A stretch of DNA of 64,000 bases. Origin: Eledone cirrhosa. Taxonomy: Eukaryota. The notes under the pieces were generated by a model, which saw only the letters and a list, made by a program, of their open reading frames with translations, ran no database searches and was not told where the DNA came from. The stretch covers positions 226,114,001 through 226,178,000 of the forward strand of contig OZ024741.1 in assembly GCA_964016885.1 (NCBI GenBank), given 5' to 3'. Both the position numbers and the translations under genes were made by a program. Shown here one piece after another: positions 54,627 through 64,000 of the stretch; the first letter of the stretch is position 1; each line of letters opens with the position of its first letter.

Positions 54627-56753
54627 GTTATATTCATCATACAGAAACAACATCTGAATATTTCTACAAAGAACATACCCGTACCAAGCAGGAAAACATA
54701 CCTAAAACTCCAGAAAACAGGCGCGTTCATTAAAAGGTTGCGTTGGCGTTCCTTTTATTTCGATAATCAGGGAAAAGCAGACAGCAAACAGGATAAATTT
54801 GGGTTTAAAACCTATAATAACCCTCCTAGTAACCCAGCATTGCTACCCTTCGAAAATTATGTCTTGGAACTCATACGGAGTATCAAATTTCGGAATAGGA
54901 ACAATTCCTTCCAGCAGGACCTGAAGAATAGAATTCGTTCTATTAAGGATTCTAATGCCGTGTACGTCCATTCCGACAAAACTGGCAATCTATATCAAGT
55001 GGAGCGCAGTACTTACCATCAACTGCTACATAATGCTGTAACTAAGGATTACCGCAAAACTAATTGGAGCGTCATTAATGAAATCAACGATGCTGGGTTT
55101 AAAATCACCTCTGATCTCAACATCCTGGACCGGGCTAAACCTCTGGGCCCTATTTCTCTCCACTTTACCCTGAAGGATCACAAATCCAATTTCCCGAACA
55201 ACCCCTCTATTCGGCTTATTAACCCGACGAAGTCCGATATAGGTAGACTTATTAAAAGGATTTTAGATAGAATTATACCTGACATTAGAAGTTTGGCCTC
55301 TCTTGCACTGTGGAACAATTCTTCCGCGGTGATTGATTGGTTCAACGGCATATGCAACAAGGAACATTGCCGTTTTATCCAATTCGACATCAATAATTAC
55401 TACTCCTCCATCACTTTACCACTTCTTCTTAGAGCTATCAATTTCGCTAAAACACTCACAGTGGTTAAGGATTTCGAAGTTGATGTCATCCTCAATGCCC
55501 GTAAGTCGGTGATTAATTTCGACGACTCTATTTCGATGAAAAAATCTAATAGTAACCCATTCGACGTGAGTATGGGCGCCAGCGATTCTGCGGAGGTTAC
55601 TGATCTTATCGGCCTTTTCCTTCTTTTCTCTATCAAGGAAGAATTCCCCAACGTGGGCGGTGGTTTGTACCGTGATGACGGTCTTTTGACCATGACAAAG
55701 TGCAGCCCACGTGCATACGACAGGTTCAGAAAGGAACTCACAGCCTTCTTTAACCTCTCCATACAGGTCGAGGCGAATCTCTCGGTCGTTAATTACCTCG
55801 ACGTTACCCTCAATTTGTCGAATGGCTTGCACTACCCGTATAGAAAGCCGAATGATACGCTTAATTAGATAAGTAAGCATTCTAACCATCCTACCAGCAT
55901 AACCAAGAACCTAGTAAGAAACGTTTCTTTGAGGCTTTCCCGTCTATCAACTAACGAGCATATTTTTAACGACCATTCCACATATTACAATGAAGCTCTT
56001 GTTCAGGGTGGATTTGTCGATAAGGTAGCTTATACAGAGTATGAGAATAGACCTAGGGAAAATAGATCCCGACGCATTATATGGTATAACCCACCATATA
56101 ATATGGAGGTGGCCACACCATTAGCTAAGATCTTTCTCTCCCTTATTATGAAGCATTTCCCCCCATGACATAAATATAGTAACATTTTTAATAGAAATAC
56201 CATTAAAATTTCTTACTCTACTACTCCTAACCTTGCTCATAACATCACAGCTTCAAATGTAGCTAAATTAACTAGCCGTAGGAACACGTGCAACCCTGTA
56301 ACTAGTACTAATTGTAATTGTAGGAATCGGGTTGACTGCCCTCTATCCGGGAAATGCCTCTCTAGTAACATTGTCTACAAATGTAAGGTCGAAACACCCA
56401 CGTCCCATAGGGCCTACATAGGGTTAACCGCCAATAGATTGAAGCAGCGTCTCTACATGCATACCTCATTCTTTTCTTAAACCTTTAAGAAGGAATATGA
56501 CGTCACTTTCAGCTTTTATCTGGAGTCTAAAAGACAACCACACCCAATATAAGTTACACTGCGAGATCCTAGCTAGGCTAGATCGTATAACAGAAATAAA
56601 AGACCATGTGACCTCTGCGGCGTCGAGGCCCTGAAATACTCTACGACAAAGACCACATCTTGAACAAAAAATCTCAGGCGATTTCGGCTTGTAAACATAA
56701 ATTACACAAAACTTTCCTGTATTACAACCCCACATTATACCCTAATGGATAGT
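54627..56753 (+). pseudogene. PLE RT + GIY-YIG ORF, disrupted
   Basis: STKNIP, DKTGN, LKDHK, RLINP, FDI..YY.SI, FDVSMGA.D.AE, YRDD, WYNPP, IVY..YIG, CDLC; stops at 55866 and 56166 and frameshifts in the EN domain. Confidence 0.92.
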
Positions 56754-57086
56754 ACGAACTATACGCGGATATTTTACGTCTTGATGTGGTAGCTAAGTAT
56801 ATGTTATGTTTTTACCATTACTTATTTGTATAGGTAAGTATATATTATCTGTATGATTTGTGAAGGTACGTATACTTTCTCGTACGTATATTTGCTTGTA
56901 TATGTTATGGCGTATATATTATATATACTGGTACATGTGCATTTGGTTATGTGTATACGGGAGTTTTTGCGTCTGTGTGAGTATGCGGGTTCGTACGTAT
57001 GTAGGGTGTGTGTATACGTGTACTTTGTGTTTTGGTTGACGTACGTCCGGGAACATATGTGTATTTACATGTAGGTATGTGTGTGC

Positions 57087-57544
57087 AACAACAGCAACGT
57101 GCTGTCCAAATTCTTGTACGGAAGTGAATGAAACATTGCACCTTAAGACCAGCCAAGAGAAGAAGTTGACGCATTAGATTCCAGGTGTCTGCGAAAGATC
57201 CTGGGGATTAAATGTAGTGACCATGTAACAAACCAGGAAGTCAGGAACCGCACCAATCAGCAGCTAGTCTCTTCTACCATCTTCAAGCGACGCCTGGGCT
57301 GGTTTGGGCACGCTTTGAGACATCCCCCGGAGAGACTGGCGAACCAAGTACTTAAATGGAGCCCGCAGGGAAGCAGGCGGAGAGGGCGACCCAATATGAA
57401 CTGGCGCCAGACAGTTGAGAGGGACCTGCGAGCGACAAACAGACAATGGCAGGACGCTGTGCTACTGGCTGCTGACCGAACGCGATGGAACACTATGATT
57501 GCCTCATGCCTCGCAAGACGCGGGAGCTTCTGAGTCTGAGTCAG
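57087..57544 (+). mobile_element. RTE LINE 3' fragment nested in the family H 3' UTR
   Basis: RCLRKILGIK.SD.VTN.EV..RRL.WFGH..RRRGRP; (TCTGAG)n tail; 10-bp TSD ATGTGTGTGC (57077, 57545); absent from the family H copy at ~26430. Confidence 0.93.
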
Positions 57545-58305
57545 ATGTGTGTGCGCGCGTTATATACGTATTTACGTGTATATTTATATACGTTTATTTA
57601 ATTATGTATACACACACACATATATATATATATTTTATATATATTTTTATGTGTATTTGGTGTATACGTTCGTATGTGTGCGGATACAGGCGTAGTATGG
57701 GTTTTGTATGTGCGTGCTGTTTTGGGGTTTTTTGGGGGTTTTTGTATACGTGCTTGTATTTGCATACCCAAGGCGTGTGCTTTCGCGTATGCTTGTGTAT
57801 GTACGTATTTGGATGCGTATATGTATATATTTAATTTCAATTACCTCTGTATTTTGTGTCTATTTAATTTCAATTGCCTCTGCGTGTATGTGTCTATTTA
57901 ATTTCAATAACCTCTGTATTTTATTTACTATATTCTTAACTCTGAAGCCGAGAATCATTCGGTTTCCTAAATAGAATTTTAGTCTACGACTTCAGTTATA
58001 CCATTTACGTGGTTTAGTTCTCTCCGATCCACATAATGACGTCTTATCTTCGTTTTTTCCGTTCATTGCCAGAGAACGTCTCTATGAACCACCTAATAGA
58101 ATATTAGTCTACGATAATCGTGGTTTTGTCTTTGCGTGGTTTTGTCTTTTGTTTTCACCGCACCAAATAATGACGTAATATTTTCGTTTTTTTTTCGTTC
58201 TTTGCAAGGGAACGTTTCCAAGAATCAAAGTATCGCCTTCCTGTCTTCTTTCGGTTGCAACGTCTTTTAAAATATTTACTTCTGCGTTCACAGATTGACT
58301 ATTTT

Positions 58306-58356
58306 AGTTTCAGAAGATCCCTTTAAGGGTGAAAGCAGCGATTCTTTGCTAAAACT
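58306..58356 (+). ncRNA. Hammerhead-like motif of family H with CAGAAGA core
   Basis: AGTTT CAGAAGA T CCCTT T AAGGG T GAAA GCA-loop-TGC TA AAACT; same core at 28170. Confidence 0.6.
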
Positions 58357-58477
58357 TTAGTCTGTTATTTTAATAAATATTTGCTCTACGGTTCTTATAT
58401 ATCTGATATATATTTATCATTATCGAGCCCTCTTTGGATTTTAGTCTTCAATTTATTATTATTACTACATATATATA

Positions 58478-60816
58478 TTGTTATGCTTTGGGAGGGTCAT
58501 GTTGCCTATAAGAAACACACGCACCAGTTGCTTTCACTCCAATTTATTATAAATTAAATTTATAAATTTAAGAATTTATAAATTTCTGGTTGGTTGGTTG
58601 GTTCCACAACCAGACGATTGTTCATATATTGTCAAAGTTCTTTCGTCACACATTATGTGACGTCTTCAGTGGCTGGGGATTCTTTTCTTTGTTTTTGTGC
58701 CTCTCCTTTGTTCTGTCCTACGCCATCTTGTTTTTTTGTTTGCTGTGTGCTTAGTTTGCGCATGTGTTACATCCGGGTGTCTGTGTGTGTTTATATTTGT
58801 TTATTTATTTGTTTATGTACATGTTACTGGTTGGTTGTTTGTTCTATATGTGTGTTTGTTTTCATTTTGTCCTTAATTGTAAGTTGTGATGTTGCTATTC
58901 CATTCATGTTTTCTATTTAATTTTGGTTGGAGTTCATTTATGTTTATTGCCTCTGTGATTCGTCTAAACATTGCGTCTTTTCTGTGTGTAGATTCTATTT
59001 TTATTTCTATGTTCTCTAATTTACCCTCATGTTCTATTTTAGCATGTTGGTGGAGTACAGATGATTCTTTACTATCTTGAAGCTCTCGCCAGTGTTCATG
59101 TATCCGTTCTCCTATACTACGAGCTGTCTCACCTATGTACACTATATTCTTATCTCTACATTGTCCTTCAGTACATCTTAAGCTATATACTACATTTCTA
59201 GTTTTACAGTTAATATGGGACTTAATTTACAGATTATACATTTCTTATCTATACAGGGAGGTCTTTGAAAAGGGTATGTATTGCTAATAAGTGTTTTTAT
59301 GGAGGCACCTGGTCTTTCTACTATCTTAATATTGAGTTTATGTTCATCTAGCGCCCTTCTAAATTTGTAAGCTAGTTCACCTCTAGGGGTTGTATTGAAG
59401 AACATTACACTCTGGTATTTATTGCTATTATACCATGAGTTTATTCTATTAACCTTATTCCTAGATCTTTCTATTCTATTCCAAAATGTGCTTCTCTACA
59501 AGGGGCAGGTCCCATTTGTATCATTATTTACCATTTTTTCCCATTTGGTTCTGGCTCCTCTATATACTCTGATGATATCTCTCTGATTGTAACCAGAGAA
59601 CTGCATACGGTGGATGAAGTGTTGTATGTGTCTCTCTAGTTCTCTGGGGCTGCACATGCGGGACACGTTTCTCATCACCCGTACCAAATCCGCAATCAGT
59701 ATATTGATTTTGGTGTGGTTACAATCAGAGAGATAAAATCAAAGTATATAGAAAAGCCAGAACCAAGTGGGAGAAAATGGTAAATAATGATACAAATGGG
59801 ACCTGCCCCTTGTATAGGAGCAAATTTTGAAATAGAATAGAAGGAACTAGGAATAATATTAATAGAATAAACTCATGGTATGATAGCAAAGAATACCAGA
59901 GTGTAATGTTCATCAATACACCCCCTAGAGGTGAATTAGCTTACAAATTTAGAAGGGCCCTAGATAAACATAAACTCAATATTAGATAGTAGAAAGACCA
60001 GGTACCTCCATAAAAACACTTATTAGCAATACATACCCTTTTCAAAGACCTCCCTGTATAGATAAGAAATGTATAATCTGTAAATTAAGCCCCATATTAA
60101 CTGTAAAACTAGAATTGTAGTATATATCATAACATGTACTGAAGGACAATGTAGAGATAAGAATATAGTGTACATAGGTGAGACAGCACGTAGTATAGGA
60201 GAACGGATACATGAACACTGGCGAGAGCTTCAAGATAGTAAAAAATCATCTGTACTCCACCAACATGCTAAAATAGAACATAAGGGTAAATTAGAGAACA
60301 TAGAAATAAAAATAGAATCTACACATAGAAAAGACGCAATGTTTCGACAAATCACAGAGGCAATAAACATAAATGAACTCCAACCAAAATTAAATAGAAA
60401 ATATGAGTGGAACAGCAACATCACAACTTACAATTAAGGACAAAATGAAAACACACACACACACATAGAACAAACAACCAACCAGTAACATGTAAATAAA
60501 CAAATAAATAAATAAATATAAACACACACAGACACCCGGATGTAACACATGCGCAAACTAAGCACACAGCAAACAAAAAAAACAAGATGGCGTAGGACAG
60601 AACAAAGGAGAGGCACAAAAACAAAGAAAAGAATCCCCAGTCACTGAAGAGGTCACAGAATGTGTAACGAAAGAACTTTGACAATATATGAACAATCGTC
60701 TGGTTGTGGAACCAACCAACAAACCAGAAATTTATAAATTCTTAAATTTATAAATTTAATTTATAATAAATTGGAGTGAAAGCAACTGGTGCGTGTGTTT
60801 CTTATTGGCAACATGA
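58478..60816. mobile_element. Head-to-head inverted pair of 5'-truncated family A PLEs
   Basis: Minus arm 58478-59720 and plus arm 59717-60816, each encoding YIGETARS..ER..EH..LN.K.EWN. Confidence 0.95.
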
Positions 60817-60935
60817 GTCCGATGTTCTTTTGAGTCCAGAGTCGGGCCCGATCGAATGAGATCAAACCTTGATCTGATCAATAGCGAAACGTGCGTCACA
60901 CGTGAATAAACTTAGCGAAGATACTTTGATATCTC
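60816..60935 (+). mobile_element. Family D short tail (homologue at 9165-9290 -) carrying an HHR 3' half
   Basis: TGATCAATAGCGAAACG(T/C)GCGT..TGAATAAAC shared by both copies. Confidence 0.65.
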
Positions 60936-60936
60936 G

Positions 60937-61038
<102 letters not shown>

Positions 61039-61181
61039 GATAGAGAGTAGATAAAATTTATTCATTGCAAAATTCTCACCAGAAATGGTTTAAGTTACAA
61101 AGCTGTTCTTTAAAGAAATGTAGTTATTATAGGAACCAGAAAACTTTCGAATCAGCATTTTACGCTGTCAGCGATAACATT

Positions 61182-61261
<80 letters not shown>

Positions 61262-61524
61262 CTAGTTGTCGTGATAGTAGTGGGATTAGTGGTGGAGGTA
61301 GTAGTGGTCTTTGTGACAGTGGCATAGTTGTGATAGGAGTCGTGGTACTAGTGGTGGTGGACGTGGTGGTGATGGTGCCAACAATGAGGTGTACTGTGAA
61401 ATATTCATATGTCCTTCTTTAGTAAAAAGAGCAAGTGTTTTTGTTCATTATGTAATACTAGAAGGAAATATTTTCTAAGCTGAGTTCTGTGAAATTTAAC
61501 CGTTCAAGGCAAACAAGAAGAATA

Positions 61525-62900
61525 AGTACAACAACAACAATAATAATAATAATTTCTCTATTGGCCACTAAGGCCGAAACACAAAGGACAATAAAAATGT
61601 ACAGGGGCACTGGGGATTTACATAAAACGTAAAAAAAGGAAAACAGAACATATTTAACAATAAATAAATAGCAACAGTATTCCCCAGTATGAGAAGCATC
61701 TCTCCGGGGTAGTTTGAGAACCCTACTGATACGAAACCACCCTAACAGCCAAGAGTTCTCTAGGATGGTGTCACTCTCTTCTCTGAACTTTCCAGCCTAC
61801 AGGCTCATACTCAGAGTAATCAGGATCATCCTTGCTAAATTCACCCACTTTTGAACAAATGTACCGGATGGACACTTCCCTCTAACCATACACCTTCCTT
61901 TCCAAGTTGAATATGAAAAAGTTGATGAGGGCTTGGCCGAAGAGGAAAGTTTCTGTCTTCTATTAATTCAGTCGCTTCCACCACACACTCTCTTTCGCTA
62001 CAACCACGAGGCAGAAGAACATTGCCTATGCTTCTTCTCGGCTATAAGAAGATGGTGGGGAAATCTTTGTGATAGAATCGGCTAATAGCCGGATCCCTTC
62101 CACACCTGACAATAGTTGTTCGACAAGTTTCACAAGTCAGCAATGCCCGGACTCTGGAAGAGTGCATGCGGGAATGTTTCGTCACTTTGCGCGCATCTCT
62201 GACAGATCTGTCTGATTGCACTTCTCTGTCTGTAGAATTTATCTCGAAAAGAGATTGCCCCCGGTAACACTGCCAGGTAAGGACTAGTGGAAATTATCCA
62301 AAGACCCAAGACCGTAAGTCCTCTGGAACAGACTGGCCAATTCATTCTCTTCGACTCCTAGAGTCTTCTAAAAAACGTCATCGCACTTGTCCAACACTAG
62401 CCTTCTAAAGAATGCTAATATGGAATTTCCACTGGATGCATTGTCCGATTAGTAGAGGACTGTGACTGTCTGACACCATTCCAGCTACCAGGAGCATAGT
62501 CACGATTTTCGCTTGAGCCAAGCCTCCATTTTTACTCAGGCTTAGTCAAAGAGACGAGCTTCAGCAAGACGTACCTCACAAACGGCGCCCACATCTGTTT
62601 AAGAATACCTACAATTGCCGTGGCCTCAGCCCATGTTTGTGCCACGGCATACACAGGCCTCCCTGCAAAGGATGGTGGTAGCTGATGGATTCCTAGGTCA
62701 ATGAAACCTGTCACTTCAAAACAAATAGTGAAATAGTATTCGCTCCAATCTAGTGAGAAGTGGACTGGGCCATTGTACGACTGTCAGGCGGTAATAGATG
62801 ACGGAAGTGATGTACGCGAACCAGACCGAAAATAAAAATGATCGGTTCGTCCGTCCAGCGTTCTACGACGTTGTTGATTGGCACGGATTTATTTACCTCA
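61525..62900 (-). mobile_element. Decayed L1/Tx1-like LINE 3' fragment
   Basis: CQRCAQSDETFPHALFQ zinc-knuckle-like motif; (TTA/TTG) tail near 61530; 5' limit uncertain. Confidence 0.65.
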
Positions 62901-64000
62901 CCTGGGGCCGGACTGCAAATGCATCGACTTATCTGTGAAAATTAATCTCATAGTTTTTATGCGTAGAGTTTTTGTTGTTGTTATGGTTTTCTGAAGTTTG
63001 GCTCTTCCATCCTGTGGACAGCTGTCTGTTCTGTCTTGTGGAAGAAAATTCGTTATCCGACATCTTTTCTTTTTCACCTCAAAAATGTATAGGTAGACAC
63101 CCACTGGTTTATCCCCTAAGTGCTAGAAGTAGAGAAAAACTAGCCAGCTCAGAAAGATACTAAGTAGGTTAAGTATAAAACAATAACCAATGTCCGATAT
63201 AAACCGTTGTATAAAAATATGAATAACAAGACACTTACAGGAGCGATTTATAACATATGTCGATACGACAAACAGATATAAATCAATAATTATAATAATA
63301 ATATTAATATTAATGATAATAATAGCAACAGTAATAATAGTTCAGTTCTAAGTATGATGCTAAAATCTATTATAACAATAATACCCACGAAATAAACAAC
63401 ACAACATGTATGTATCCTAAGGTTAATTACAATTCTTTAAAAGTCCAATAGAATATTCTGGAAATGTAAATATTGATTTCTAAATATACCAAGAAAAAAT
63501 TTCAGCTTTCAATATCCATTCCAAATTTAAAATATATATATTCCGCTCACCGTGTTACATTTTCATTCTTATTGTTCCCATGATAGACAGTGTTTATATT
63601 ATATATTCCAGAAACGAGAGAAGTAACTAGAATGTTGAAATAAAGCTGAATGGAAGTGTTATTTAAGTAAGGATATTTTTGACGTCATTTTTCATTTATC
63701 TCTTTTGCACTTTTTTTGTAATTTTTAACAATAAAAATTAAAATATAAAAATTCTATTAAATATAATATATATTTAAATAGGTTTCATCTTCAATAGCTT
63801 GAAAAATCTAGTAATGTAGGAGTGTTTTATAATCATGATAGAGATAACATTCATAATTTCATTAAAAAGAATAATTTTTTTACCTTTCTTCATTCTGACT
63901 TGTTATCTATACTCTTTGCATTCATCCGTGGTTTCTGCTAACCGGCTCTTGTTAATTTATTTACAATTATTTTCATGATTCATTCATCAGAATGTCAGTT

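Larger units (their letters stand above)
54515..58467 (+). mobile_element. Near full-length PLE family H (Hydra-clade-like) with ~82 bp direct pseudo-LTR, inserted in (TA)n
   Basis: 54515-54596 repeats 58387-58467; RT-EN ORF; long 3' UTR. Confidence 0.92.

Noticed and set aside
56166-56168. In-frame TGA in a PLE as possible selenocysteine (known for some Naiad PLEs)
   Set aside because: The second copy has GCA (Ala) here, conserved Cys codons are ordinary, the endonuclease is C-terminal, and no SECIS was recognised.
58478-60816. Large palindrome as an assembly chimera
   Set aside because: The arms differ at many sites and in length, which a read-level artefact would not produce.

Overview
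This is AT-rich, microsatellite-laden eukaryotic DNA. The SINE and microsatellite content suggests a coleoid cephalopod such as Octopus (inference). I found no convincing host protein-coding gene; most track ORFs are translations of (TA)n, (GA)n, (CA)n or (AGT)n. The window is a retroelement graveyard. It holds (i) decayed Penelope-like elements (PLEs; RT plus C-terminal GIY-YIG) of two families, family A (1-3193, 58478-60816, plus tails) and a Hydra-clade-like family H (54515-58467, 26341-28327, plus tails); (ii) two tRNA-derived SINE families in many copies; (iii) fragments of RTE, R4/Dong and Tx1/L1-like LINEs and a probable Helentron-type element. The main signal is more than 20 type-I hammerhead-ribozyme (HHR)-like motifs from about 10 or more unrelated short elements, nearly all beside or inside (TA)n. 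They include non-canonical cores repeated across copies (CAGAAGA; GAAAG-NN-CUU) and forms with an expanded stem II. These elements are very often inserted as fold-back palindromes or twin-priming-type inversions, and several breakpoints fall at the ribozyme helices. All structures were read by eye and coordinates may be off by a few bases. No folding, alignment or database search was run.
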